NCBI GenBank assembly: GCA_963668695.2
Contig: CAXXLQ010000004.1
Span: 2,624,001 to 2,688,000 of the forward strand
Length of the DNA: 64,000 nt
Direction of reading: 5' to 3'
Source: Vicinamibacteria bacterium
GTDB taxonomy: Bacteria > Acidobacteriota > Vicinamibacteria > Marinacidobacterales > Marinacidobacteraceae
Shown here: piece after piece, positions 38,442-48,159 of the stretch
Numbering within the stretch: position 1 is the first letter of the stretch
How the letters are laid out: each line of letters opens with the position of its first letter
Program-made: the position numbers and the translations under genes
The notes under the pieces: generated by a model
The model's input: the letters and a program-made list of their open reading frames with translations, nothing else
Databases searched by the model: none
What the model was told of the DNA's origin: nothing

Positions 38442-41400
38442 CTACCGCGACTCCCCGCTACCCGTGGGCAAGACCGGCGCCAGACCCGCCCCGGACAGGT
38501 GTTCGTTGAACGCTGCGAGTTCGTCGCCGACGAGCTGATCGAGCATCTCCCGAGTGTCGGTGAGTTCCTGCTCGTAGAGAGCCAGCACTTCAAGGTGCTG
38601 ATCCGTAGGCCGGTGATCGCTCCCGCCGATGTAGCCGTGGAGACTGCTCAGCTTGGCGTGGAGCCTCCTGGGCCAGCGGAGGGTGTCCTGCCCGGCGTTT
38701 TCGCCGGTTAACCGCAGCTCGAAGAAGCGGGCTTCCAGTTCCATCAGCGCGCTGTCGTATTCCCCGGCCGCGACCTCCACGCTCGCGGTGAGGGCAAACC
38801 CCAGGGCGCGCCGGTCCGCGGTCTGCTTCCGCAGCCACTCGATCTCTTCGATCATCGTCCCGACCGCGCCGACCATCTTCTGGATCCGCAGGAGGGTCCC
38901 GACCTGCTCGCGGATCTGCGCTCCCCCTTCCGGAGCTTCGGGGTCCGCCCGGACCGCCAGGGGCTCTTCGAACGATTCGTCACCCACCCGGAGCCTCACG
39001 GTGTACGTGCCGGGAGGGAGCAGGGTCGACACCGGGCGCGACTCGGTCAGCAGGCGAAAGCCCCGGGCCGGCAGCACGTGGTGGGCGCTTCCGAGGGGCG
39101 GGGTCCGGAGGCGGGGCTGCTGCGTCGGTTCGTTGCGCAGGTTCCAAACCACCCGGTGGAGTCCCGCGGAACTCTCGCCTTCGAGAGTGCGCACCGTTTC
39201 TCCCGTGGAGTCCACGATCTCGACGGACACCTCGTCTGCCTGATCCTCAGCGAGCCGATAGTGGATCGTTGCTCCGTAGGGCGGGTTCTCGCCGGCGCCG
39301 GGATCCTCGGGCTGGCTCATGGGACTCGGGCGCATGCGAAAACGCCACGCCTCCCGCGGCTCGAACAGATGGGCCGGGGCATCTTCGACCGCCGAGGTCA
39401 ACTGCCGGATGGGCGTAATGTCGTCCAGAATCCAGAAGCCCCGCCCGTAGGTGGCCGCCACCAGGTCCGAGAACCCCTCCTGGATCGTGAGCCAGTGCAC
39501 CGGAGCGTGGGGCAGGTTGGACTGCAGGGACTCGAAGGTCTCGCCGTCGTCCAAGGACACGTACACGGCGTTCTCGGTCCCGAGGAACAGGAGACCGGGA
39601 CGCACCGGGTCCTCACGCAGGGTGTGCGCGTAGCTGTGGGTGTGCTGTGGGGTGTTCTCTCCCAGCCGCCGCCAACTCGCACCGAAGTTCTCGGTCTTGT
39701 AGGCGTAGGTGTTGGTGTCGCCGATCTGGTGCAGATCCACCGTCACGTAGGCGGCGCCCGCCGCGTGGCGGGAGGGCTCGATGCTGCTGAAGGTCCCGAG
39801 CGGCGGGAGCCCGGGGAGGTTCGCCGAGACGTCGTCCCACGATTCCCCGCTATTCCGGGATACGTGGATCCTGCCGTCGTTGCTCCCCGCCCAGAGGACG
39901 CCGGCGGTATGGGACGACTCGGCCAGTGAGAAGAGCACCGCGGCGTAGGTGGGGCTCACGTCGTCGAAGGTCAGGCCGCCGGTCTTTAGCTGAAGGTCGG
40001 GGTCGTCGGTCGTCAGGTCCGGGCTGATCGCTTCCCAGCTCTGCCCGCCGTCGGTGGTTACGTGCACCCGCTGGCTGCCGGCGTACACCCGATCGGAGTC
40101 GTGGGGAGAGATCTGGATCGGGAACGTCCACTGGAAGCGGTCCCGCAGCTCGCTGGCCGCCCATCCCTCCGGGTTGTCGGGCCAGACGCTTACATTGCGG
40201 GCCTGCCCGGTGCGGTCCTCGTAGCGTTCGAGGATCCCCTCGAAACAACCCGACCAGATGACCCCCGGATCGCTGGGATCCGGGATCGCGAAACCGGACT
40301 CGCAGCCCCCCACCGGCCCCCAGGCGCCGATGGGGATGCCGCCACCGGTCAGGCTGTTGGACGGCCCGCGGGAAGAGGGACCGTCCTGACGGTTCCCCAT
40401 GACCTGGTAAGGGATCCGGTTGTCCGTGTACACGTGGTACATCTGGGCGATCGGCAGCCGGGGGCGGTGCCAGGTCTCGCCGCGGTTCGTGGAGATGCTG
40501 ACCCCGCCGTCGTGCCCCACGATCATCCGGTCTGGCTGGTCAGGGGCGATCCACATGTCGTGGTGGTCGCCGCCCGAGTTGTTCAGGAACGTCGTGAGTC
40601 CGCCGTCGGTGGTCGTGGTGTGCCGGGTGGCGAGGAAATGCGCCTCGTCGGCGTCGTCGGGTGCGGCCACCACCCGGGTGTAGTAGTGGGGCCGCTGCAT
40701 CAGCGTGTGGTCCCGGCTCGCGAGCTGCCAGTTGTTCCCGCCGTCGTCCGACCGCCAGAGCACGCCGTCTTGTTCGTCAAGCGGAGCGAACTCCTCGTTC
40801 GAGCTGGTTTCGATAAGCGCGTAAATGCGGCGCGGGTCCTCGGCGGTAAGGGAGAGCGCGACCTTGCCCCAGGGACGTTGTGGAAGTCCGTTCCCTTCGA
40901 GCCGCTCCCAGGTATCGCCGCTGTCCCGGCTCCGGAAGATGCCGCTGCCCGGCCCGCCGCTCTCCCGGCCCCAGGTCCACATCCGCATCTGCCACATCCC
41001 CGCGAACAGCAGGCTCGGGTTTGCCGGGCTGATGACGACCTCCGAGGCGCCCGTGTTCTCGTCCACGAACAGGACCCGCTCCCAGGTTCCCCCGCCGTCG
41101 GTCGTCCGGAAGATCCCCCGCTCCTCCTGTGGCCCGTAGAGGTGGCCGAGGGCGGCAACCCACGCGGTATCGGGGTCGGACGGGTGGGTGACGATCCGCG
41201 AGATCCGGCCGGTGGCGTCCAGTCCGGTGTGGGTCCAGTTCTCGCCGGCGTCCGTCGAGCGGTACACGCCGTTGCCGAGCGAGACGTTGCTCCGGATGTG
41301 GGCCTCGCCGGTGCCTACCCACACGACGTTCGGATCGGCGGTGGATACCGCGATCGCCCCCACCGAGAGCACGGGCTGGTCGTCGAAGACCGGAGCCCAG

Positions 41401-41609
41401 TGGATTCCGCCGTCGGTCGTCTTGAACACTCCGCCGGAGGCCGCCCCGAAGTAGTAGGTGTTCGGGTCCCCGGAAACTCCGTACACCGCAGGAACCCGGT
41501 TCCCGACCGGACCGATGTGCCGCCAGCGGAGGGCGTCGAAGCGGCCCTCGGCGGCGAAGGCCGAGGCCGCGCAAAGGAGGACGAGACCGGACAGGGGAGC
41601 AAGGCGCAT
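38442..41609 (-). CDS. VPS10/sortilin-like BNR (Asp-box) repeat glycosyl hydrolase family protein
   Basis: WRHIGP..NRV, repeated SxDxGxTW Asp-boxes, ATYGRGFWILDD; signal peptide. Confidence 0.88.
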   Translation of the reverse strand: MRLAPLSGLVLLCAASAFAAEGRFDALRWRHIGPVGNRVPAVYGVSGDPNTYYFGAASGGVFKTTDGGIHWAPVFDDQPVLSVGAIAVSTADPNVVWVGTGEAHIRSNVSLGNGVYRSTDAGENWTHTGLDATGRISRIVTHPSDPDTAWVAALGHLYGPQEERGIFRTTDGGGTWERVLFVDENTGASEVVISPANPSLLFAGMWQMRMWTWGRESGGPGSGIFRSRDSGDTWERLEGNGLPQRPWGKVALSLTAEDPRRIYALIETSSNEEFAPLDEQDGVLWRSDDGGNNWQLASRDHTLMQRPHYYTRVVAAPDDADEAHFLATRHTTTTDGGLTTFLNNSGGDHHDMWIAPDQPDRMIVGHDGGVSISTNRGETWHRPRLPIAQMYHVYTDNRIPYQVMGNRQDGPSSRGPSNSLTGGGIPIGAWGPVGGCESGFAIPDPSDPGVIWSGCFEGILERYEDRTGQARNVSVWPDNPEGWAASELRDRFQWTFPIQISPHDSDRVYAGSQRVHVTTDGGQSWEAISPDLTTDDPDLQLKTGGLTFDDVSPTYAAVLFSLAESSHTAGVLWAGSNDGRIHVSRNSGESWDDVSANLPGLPPLGTFSSIEPSRHAAGAAYVTVDLHQIGDTNTYAYKTENFGASWRRLGENTPQHTHSYAHTLREDPVRPGLLFLGTENAVYVSLDDGETFESLQSNLPHAPVHWLTIQEGFSDLVAATYGRGFWILDDITPIRQLTSAVEDAPAHLFEPREAWRFRMRPSPMSQPEDPGAGENPPYGATIHYRLAEDQADEVSVEIVDSTGETVRTLEGESSAGLHRVVWNLRNEPTQQPRLRTPPLGSAHHVLPARGFRLLTESRPVSTLLPPGTYTVRLRVGDESFEEPLAVRADPEAPEGGAQIREQVGTLLRIQKMVGAVGTMIEEIEWLRKQTADRRALGFALTASVEVAAGEYDSALMELEARFFELRLTGENAGQDTLRWPRRLHAKLSSLHGYIGGSDHRPTDQHLEVLALYEQELTDTREMLDQLVGDELAAFNEHLSGAGLAPVLPTGSGESR

Positions 41610-41973
41610 CGGCGAAGTTTCCCGCATTCCGGGCACTGGCCAAGCACGCCGGAAGGCGGAAAGGTCAGGGACCGCCGCCCTCTGGTCGGCATCGCCGCCG
41701 TTTTGCGGCGGCGACGACGCGTTGGGCCGCTCAGCCCTGTGGTGCCCCAACCGTCTGGGCCAGGAACGTACCTGTTGCTCGATTACATCCGGGTCGCCAG
41801 CTATCGAATCGCCTGTAAATCCGTTCGCGTTGTGAACAAATTTACAGGCGATTCGTTCGCATCTAGGGATGTGAGAGTGAGGCGTCAGCCTCAGCTCTCA
41901 CATCTTGGGCGATTTCGCTGCGCTGCCGCGCAGCGGTGCCGGCCTGAAGACCGGCTTTCCCTTCCTGGCGTCA

Positions 41974-42888
41974 TTACCGCTCGCCTTCGTAGGTATCCGG
42001 CCCGGTGAACGTCACCCGGTGCATCAGCCGGGCCTCGGTTTCGTCGAACGGGGATCCGGCGTGCATCGCCGAGCGGTTGTCCCAGACGGCGATATCGCCG
42101 GGACGCCACTGCCAGTACACGGCAAACTGCGGGCTGGTTGCATGCGCCTGGAGTTCGGCCAGCAGCGACCGGGTTTCCGATTCCTCGAGCCCGCTGACGG
42201 ACTCGATGTGGCAGTCGGGGATCAGCAGCGCCGGACGCCCGGTTTCCGGATGGTGGACGACCAGCGGACGGACCACCGGGGGGTGTGTGCACCGCACTTC
42301 CATCGGCATCTTCCGCCGGTGCGGGTTGGTCCGTCGGAGCTGGTCGTCGAGAAACGGGTAGGAGTGGACGGCGAACCGCCCGTCGATCCGCTTGCGGAGT
42401 CGGGAGGGCAGGGAGTCGTAGGCGTGCGCCATTCCGGCGTACCAGGTCCCACCCCCGGTTTCGGGATGGGTCCGGCAGTGGAAGATCGAGCCCGCCGGCT
42501 GCGGACAGCGAAAGCTGTCATCGGTGTGCCAGAGCACTTCCCCGGGTTCGGCGCGGACGAAGAGCGCCCGGTACTTCCCGTCCCGGTACAGGTTCCCGAG
42601 CCGGAGGATCTCCGGATATCCGGGAAGCCGGAAGTCGGGGTCGTACTTTTCGTTCTTCTCCAGCGGCCCGAACGCCCGGCAGAAACGGAGGAAATCCTTC
42701 GGGCAGACCGCTTCTTCTCCGCGCAGGACGAGCAGCCCGCCGGAATCGAGCCATAGCTGACGCAGAGCGGCAAGCTGGCGGTCCGTTGCTTCCCCGAGGT
42801 GGAACCCTTCGACAACCCGGCCGAAACCGGACGGTGTGACCGCCTCGGTTTGGAGGAATCCGGTTTGCGCTGCCGCTGCGGGACTCAC
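41974..42888 (-). CDS. TauD/TfdA family 2-oxoglutarate/Fe(II) dioxygenase
   Basis: WHTD, HPETGRPAL, WRPGDIAVWDNRSAMH, R-V-T. Confidence 0.9.
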   Translation of the reverse strand: MSPAAAAQTGFLQTEAVTPSGFGRVVEGFHLGEATDRQLAALRQLWLDSGGLLVLRGEEAVCPKDFLRFCRAFGPLEKNEKYDPDFRLPGYPEILRLGNLYRDGKYRALFVRAEPGEVLWHTDDSFRCPQPAGSIFHCRTHPETGGGTWYAGMAHAYDSLPSRLRKRIDGRFAVHSYPFLDDQLRRTNPHRRKMPMEVRCTHPPVVRPLVVHHPETGRPALLIPDCHIESVSGLEESETRSLLAELQAHATSPQFAVYWQWRPGDIAVWDNRSAMHAGSPFDETEARLMHRVTFTGPDTYEGER

Positions 42889-42898
42889 GGACGAGTCG

Positions 42899-44341
42899 TC
42901 ACCCCCCGTGGGGGAGGCGGTCGGGCATGTCCGCGAGCACGAACCCGAGGACCGCCAGCATCCCGACCGCCCGGCGGAAGTTGTCGGGATCCACCTTGTC
43001 GAGGGTGTCCGACTCGGTGTGGTGCCAGTCGAAATAGTGGTCGCCCACCGTGCGGAAGCCGATCCCGGGGACCCCGTCGGCCATCAGGGCGCGGATGTCG
43101 GCGCCGCCGCCGCCCCGGCTCATGCCATCGGCGTCGATCGCCGAGAAGAGGCTCCCGATGGGGCGCAGGATGGCGAGGGCCTCGGCATACGCCGCATCGC
43201 CCTCCGGCCCGTCAGCCACCCAGGGAAGTCCGATGCCGAATCCCACCGGCCGCTCGTTGCCGCCGTCCATCTCGATGGCCGCCACCTGGTTCTGAATCCC
43301 ATCCCCGACGAACTCCCGGTAGGCGGTTCCACCGGCGCCACCGTTTTCCTCATTCGTCCAGAGGACGACCCGGAGCGTGCGGCGCGGCCGTAGTCCAAGC
43401 CGCCGGATGAGGGTGAGTCCGTGCCAGGCCGCGATGCAGGCGGCCCCATCGTCGTGCACCCCGTGTCCGACGTCCCACGAGTCGTAGTGGCCGCCCATGA
43501 CCACGACCTCGTCGGGCAATTCGCTACCGGTGATCTCGGCCATCACGTTGTGGGAAAGCGCGTCGGGAAGCGTCTCGGCCTCGAGTTCCAGCCGGATCTC
43601 GATGGACTGCCCGAGGTCGTCGAGGCGGCGGAGACGTTCCGCGTCCTCGACGGTCAGCGCCGCCGCTGGAATCCGGGGTGTCCCTTCCTCGTAGCCCATG
43701 TTGCCGGTGTGCGGCGTGTTGAGGCTTCTTCCCGTCGCCGAGCGGGTGAGGCTCGCCACCGCGCCCTGCTGGGCGGCGCGAATCGCTCCCAGGCGCCGGT
43801 AGGCGCCGGTTCCGCCGTACCCCATCCAGGGAACGGCCCAGACGACGATCCGGCCCTCCACTGCTTCCCGCGGCATGGCCGCCAGCTCGTCGAAGGAGCG
43901 GGCGACCACCACCGGGGCGGTGATGCCTTCGGGCGGCGTGCCCACGCTGCCTCCCAGCGCGAGGATCGGGAGGTCATCCTCCGACGGCGCGATCAGCGTC
44001 GCCCGCGCCCGGCCGCGCACCCAGTGGGGAACCATGACCTCCTGCAGGTGGACCCGGTCCAGCTCTTCCTCCCGCATGCTGTCCGCCGCCCACTGGATGG
44101 CGCGTTCGAGCCCGGCGGACCCGCTCAGCCGGTGGCCGATACCGAGGGCCAGGTGCTCCAGCTTCGCCCAGCCGTCCACGTCGGTGAGCGCTGCCCCGAG
44201 AATCTGCCCGGCGGTCTCGCGGTAGCGGTCCGCGAGTTCATGCCGGTCGCCGGGATGCGTCGGCCGCTCCGGCGGCTGGGCGTGGGCGGCGCACGCGATG
44301 AGGAGCGCCGCGGTCAGCAGGAAGAAAATGGCTCGCCGCAT
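42899..44341 (-). CDS. M28 family metallopeptidase (carboxypeptidase Q-like, PA domain)
   Basis: GGHYDSWD, HDDG, NEENG, EMDGG, YFDWHHT..DT; signal peptide. Confidence 0.9.
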   Translation of the reverse strand: MRRAIFFLLTAALLIACAAHAQPPERPTHPGDRHELADRYRETAGQILGAALTDVDGWAKLEHLALGIGHRLSGSAGLERAIQWAADSMREEELDRVHLQEVMVPHWVRGRARATLIAPSEDDLPILALGGSVGTPPEGITAPVVVARSFDELAAMPREAVEGRIVVWAVPWMGYGGTGAYRRLGAIRAAQQGAVASLTRSATGRSLNTPHTGNMGYEEGTPRIPAAALTVEDAERLRRLDDLGQSIEIRLELEAETLPDALSHNVMAEITGSELPDEVVVMGGHYDSWDVGHGVHDDGAACIAAWHGLTLIRRLGLRPRRTLRVVLWTNEENGGAGGTAYREFVGDGIQNQVAAIEMDGGNERPVGFGIGLPWVADGPEGDAAYAEALAILRPIGSLFSAIDADGMSRGGGGADIRALMADGVPGIGFRTVGDHYFDWHHTESDTLDKVDPDNFRRAVGMLAVLGFVLADMPDRLPHGG

Positions 44342-44365
44342 GGGCGGCGAATCATAGGAGAGCCG

Positions 44366-45130
44366 CTATCTCCAGGTCACTTCCATCGCGAAGAAATGGT
44401 CGAACACTTCCCGGCCGGGGTGGTTCGCCTCGTTCCGCCCCGGGCTCCGAATGTAGAAGTCCAGTTGTTGGGCTGCCGGATTCACCGCGCCGGCCGGAGA
44501 ATCGCCCGTCTTCGGAAGAACCGCCAGGGTCTCCCGGTCGCGCATGCCCTGCGTCACCATGAAGTGGATCTGGTAGTCCTCGTAGAGGGTCTCTCCGTTC
44601 AGGGTTGCCGACCCGGTGCCCCACCCGGCGATGTAGAGAAGGCTCTTGGGCCAGTTTGCGTCACCGCAACCGGCGTCGCCGTGCTCATAGAGGAAAGCGG
44701 CGATCCCGCCGTCCTGGCACGGATCGAACTCCACGATTTCTTCGAGGGTGACCACATAGGTCCCTTCCGGCAGCTCGAGTTCGGCCCGGAAGGTTCCGGT
44801 GTTTTCGATCTCGTTGACGGCGACCTCGATGGTCCCGCCCACCTCGCGGAGATTCGAAGCGTCGTCGCCCATGTGGTCCCAGGGGCTCTCGTCGTCCAGC
44901 GTGCCCGCCTGGACGATGCGGCTGCCCGACAGCACGAAGCGCCCGTCGTAGAGGTCGTGCTGCTCCGGAGCGTAGATCCGCATCGCGGCTCCCGGCTGCG
45001 ATCTCGCGCCGGGCGTTTCGACCGGCGCATCCGGAACGGGGTCGGGCTCCGGAGCCGCGCAGCCCCAGCCGACCGCAAGCGCGAGTCCGGCAAGGACGAA
45101 GGGACGCAGGTGGCTGTCGGAGCTTCTCAA
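44366..45130 (-). CDS. Hypothetical lipoprotein
   Basis: C-terminal part of ORF 44366..46594 with hydrophobic stretch plus Cys (LALAVGWGC) and globular composition; TTG start assumed. Confidence 0.6.
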   Translation of the reverse strand: MRSSDSHLRPFVLAGLALAVGWGCAAPEPDPVPDAPVETPGARSQPGAAMRIYAPEQHDLYDGRFVLSGSRIVQAGTLDDESPWDHMGDDASNLREVGGTIEVAVNEIENTGTFRAELELPEGTYVVTLEEIVEFDPCQDGGIAAFLYEHGDAGCGDANWPKSLLYIAGWGTGSATLNGETLYEDYQIHFMVTQGMRDRETLAVLPKTGDSPAGAVNPAAQQLDFYIRSPGRNEANHPGREVFDHFFAMEVTWR

Positions 45131-45141
45131 GCGAGTACGCC

Positions 45142-46776
45142 CTACGCGCTCAGGAACGGGTAGCGGTAGTCCTTCGCCGGAGCGAAATTCTCCTTGACCG
45201 TGCGGATGTTGGTCCAGCGCAGAAGGTGGGAACCGAGGCCCGTCTTGTCGTTCGTCCCCGAGGCCCGGCCTCCGCCAAAAGGCTGCTGGCCGATCACGGC
45301 GCCGGTGGGTTTGTCGTTGATGTAGAAGTTGCCGGCGGCGTGACGGAGCGCCCGGTACGCCTGTTCCGTGGCCAACCGGTCGTTCGCGAAGATCGCGCCG
45401 GTCAGACCGTACGGGGACGTGTTCGTGCAAAGGTCGAGGGTCTCGGCGTACTGGGCGTCCGGATAGAAGTAGACAGTCAGTACCGGCCCGAAGATTTCCT
45501 CGGTCATCAGCCGATTCCGCGGGTTGTCGGTAACCACCAGCGTCGGTTCCACGAACCAGCCAACGGACCGGTCGGCGTTCCCGCCCATCATCACGGTGCA
45601 CGACGGATCCTCCCGGGCGATGTCGAGGTAGCCCGAATTCTTGTTGAAGGAGCGTTCGTCGATAACCGCGCCCATGAAGTTGCCGAAGTCCGTCGGGTCG
45701 CCCATGGTCACGGTGTCCGCCTCGGCGAGGAACCGCTCCAGGAACTCGTCCTTGATGCTGGCCGGCAGGTAGGCGCGGGACGCAGCGGAACACTTTTGTC
45801 CCTGGAACTCGTAAGCGCCTCGAATCAAGTTGGCGACCAGCGCCTCCGCATCGGCGGACTCGTGGGCCACCACGAAGTTCTTGCCGCCGGTCTCGCCGAC
45901 GATCCGGGGGTAGGAACGGTAGTTCGCGATGTTTTCCCCGACCGTCTTCCAGATGTGCTGGAAGGTGGCCGTGGAGCCCGTGAAATGGACTCCGGCGAGG
46001 GTTTCCTGAGCCAGAGCCCGGGCGCCGATGGTGGGCCCGTGACCGGGGAGCATGTTCACGATGCCGTCGGGCAAGCCGGCTTCCCGGTAGAGCTCCATCA
46101 GGTAGTAAGCGGAGAGCATCTGCGTCTCCGCGGGCTTCCAGACGACGGTGTTCCCCATGATCGCCGGAGCCATCGCCAGGTTCCCGCCGAGGGCGGTGAA
46201 GTTGAACGGGCTCACCGCGAAGATGAATCCCTCGAGGGCGCGATACTCGAGGTAGTTCCAGACGCCGGGGTCGGCCGCGGCCACCGGCTGCTGCCGGACG
46301 AGCTGGTCGAGGAAGTAGGCGTTGAACCGCAGCATGTCCGCGAACTCGCAGGCCGCTTCGATCTCCGCCTGATGGCAGGTCTTCGACTGGCCCAGCATGG
46401 TGGCGGCGTTCATCCGGTAGCGGTGGGGGCCGACCAGCAGGTCGGCCATTCGCAGGTAGAGACTGGCGCGCGCCCGGTAGTCGAGTTCGGACCAGGTGTG
46501 CCACGCGTCGGCGGCAGCGGCGACCGCCTGCTCGACGATCTCCGGGGTGGCCTCGTGATAGCGGGCCAGCACGTGGGAGTGGTCGTGCGGACAACGGACT
46601 TCCGCGATCTTCCCCGTCCGGATTTCCTTGCCGCCGACGATGATCGGGATTTCGACGATCTGGTTGGACTGGCGGGTGATTTCGGCCTGGAGCGCGGCGC
46701 GCTCCGGGCTTCCTGGCTCATAGCCGCGTACCGACTCGTTGGCCGGTCGGGGGACGGCTTGAATTCCTTGGCTCAT
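45142..46776 (-). CDS. pruA: L-glutamate gamma-semialdehyde (P5C) dehydrogenase
   Basis: SPFNF, FTGST, GETGGKN, FQGQKCSA, EEIFGP, QQPFGGGRASGTNDK. Confidence 0.92.
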   Translation of the reverse strand: MSQGIQAVPRPANESVRGYEPGSPERAALQAEITRQSNQIVEIPIIVGGKEIRTGKIAEVRCPHDHSHVLARYHEATPEIVEQAVAAAADAWHTWSELDYRARASLYLRMADLLVGPHRYRMNAATMLGQSKTCHQAEIEAACEFADMLRFNAYFLDQLVRQQPVAAADPGVWNYLEYRALEGFIFAVSPFNFTALGGNLAMAPAIMGNTVVWKPAETQMLSAYYLMELYREAGLPDGIVNMLPGHGPTIGARALAQETLAGVHFTGSTATFQHIWKTVGENIANYRSYPRIVGETGGKNFVVAHESADAEALVANLIRGAYEFQGQKCSAASRAYLPASIKDEFLERFLAEADTVTMGDPTDFGNFMGAVIDERSFNKNSGYLDIAREDPSCTVMMGGNADRSVGWFVEPTLVVTDNPRNRLMTEEIFGPVLTVYFYPDAQYAETLDLCTNTSPYGLTGAIFANDRLATEQAYRALRHAAGNFYINDKPTGAVIGQQPFGGGRASGTNDKTGLGSHLLRWTNIRTVKENFAPAKDYRYPFLSA

Positions 46777-46794
46777 TAAACTCTGGCTCCTTAC

Positions 46795-47892
46795 GTGACT
46801 ACGCCTGTTTCAAGGGCTTCCGAAGGCGGGAATGCTACCCGAGCGGGCCCGCCCGGGGACGCCCCACGGCCGGACGGCGGATTGCTCCACCAGTTGCCGG
46901 ACCGGGTGCGGGAAGCCGCCTCCAGGATCCGGCCCTTTCTCATCGAGACTCCGTTCGAGATCGCGAACGGCCTCGGCCGCCGCAGTGCCGACTCATCGGG
47001 GGGAGGGACGGTCCGTTGGAAGCTCGAATGCTTCGGCGCTACCGGCTCGTTCAAGATCCGAGGCGCGCTGAACAAGTTGTTGGTCCTGCGGGACACCGGA
47101 GGCCCGCGGGTGCTGCGCGCGGGAGTCGTCACGGCGTCCACGGGGAATCACGGGCGGGCGACGGCTCACGCGCTCTCGCTGCTCGGCGGGCGGGGTGTCG
47201 TGTACCTCCCCCGCACGGTGGCCGACTCGAAGAGGCGGGTCCTCGCCGAGCAATACGGCGAAGTGGTCGAACTGCGCCTCGTGGGCGACGACGCGGTGGA
47301 GTCCGAGGTTGCCGCCCGGGAAGAGGCGGCGCGCAGCGGGCTGCCGTTCATTTCCCCCTACAACGATGCGGACATCATCGCGGGGCAGGGGACGGTCGGT
47401 CTCGAAATGGATACCGCACTCGGTGACGAGCCACTCGACGCGGTTCTGGTGCCCGTCGGTGGGGGCGGCTTGATTGCGGGAATCGCGGGCTGGCTGAAAC
47501 ACGCCCGCCCCAGGATTCGCGTGGTCGGATGCCAGCCGCGGGCATCTGCGGTGATGGCGGCGTCGGTGCGCGCCGGCCGGATGCTCGAATCGGGACGCGA
47601 TGTCCCGTTTGAGCCGACGCTCGCCGATGCCGTCGCGGGCGGGGTGGAGGAGGGCGCCGTCACCCTTGAGCTATGCACCGAACTTGTGGACGAATGGGTT
47701 CTGCTCGGTGAGGACGAAATCGCCGCCGCAATGCGGCTCGTGCTGCGGGAGCGTTTCGCGATGGTCGAGGGTTCGGCGGCCCTGCCGGTGGCGGCGCTCG
47801 CGCACCTCGATCCGCGCCTCGCCTCCGTCGCGCTGGTGCTCAGCGGGGCCGGAATCAGCGGAGAGGGCCTCCGGGCGCTGTTAGGGGAGTAG
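46795..47892 (+). CDS. PLP-dependent threonine/serine dehydratase family enzyme
   Basis: TGSFKIRGA, ASTGNHG, GQGT, VPVGGGGLIAG. Confidence 0.88.
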   Translation: MTTPVSRASEGGNATRAGPPGDAPRPDGGLLHQLPDRVREAASRIRPFLIETPFEIANGLGRRSADSSGGGTVRWKLECFGATGSFKIRGALNKLLVLRDTGGPRVLRAGVVTASTGNHGRATAHALSLLGGRGVVYLPRTVADSKRRVLAEQYGEVVELRLVGDDAVESEVAAREEAARSGLPFISPYNDADIIAGQGTVGLEMDTALGDEPLDAVLVPVGGGGLIAGIAGWLKHARPRIRVVGCQPRASAVMAASVRAGRMLESGRDVPFEPTLADAVAGGVEEGAVTLELCTELVDEWVLLGEDEIAAAMRLVLRERFAMVEGSAALPVAALAHLDPRLASVALVLSGAGISGEGLRALLGE

Positions 47893-47938
47893 GGCGAAAC
47901 CGCGTATCGCCGGCAGAGAGGAAGCGCGGGGACGGCTT

Positions 47939-48086
47939 GGAACGCCGACTTCAGACCGGCACTGCGGCCCGGAGGGCCGCGAGACACCCTGTGCTCCTTG
48001 TCCGGATGGCGCCGCCGGGCAGGGAACGCTGGCCAGTTCTTTCGGTGGGCGCCTTCAGCCCGGCATAGCCCGCCGAAGGCGGGCGA
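47939..48086 (+). repeat. Two REP-like repeats, the second with a degenerate micro-insert
   Basis: GGAACGCCGACTTCAGACCGGCA and GGGAACGCTGG-CCAGTTCTTTCGGTGGGC-GCCTTCAGCCCGGCA. Confidence 0.65.
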
Positions 48087-48159
48087 AACGCAGCACGGGA
48101 ACCGCTCCTGCGGTGCCAACTCCGATGCCTCGAAAGGCGATCAGCATGAGAAAAACGGG

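Noticed and set aside
45131-46594. Long N-terminal extension of ORF 44366..46594
   Set aside because: It is an alternative frame overlapping the P5C dehydrogenase gene; only the last ~255 codons look like a protein.
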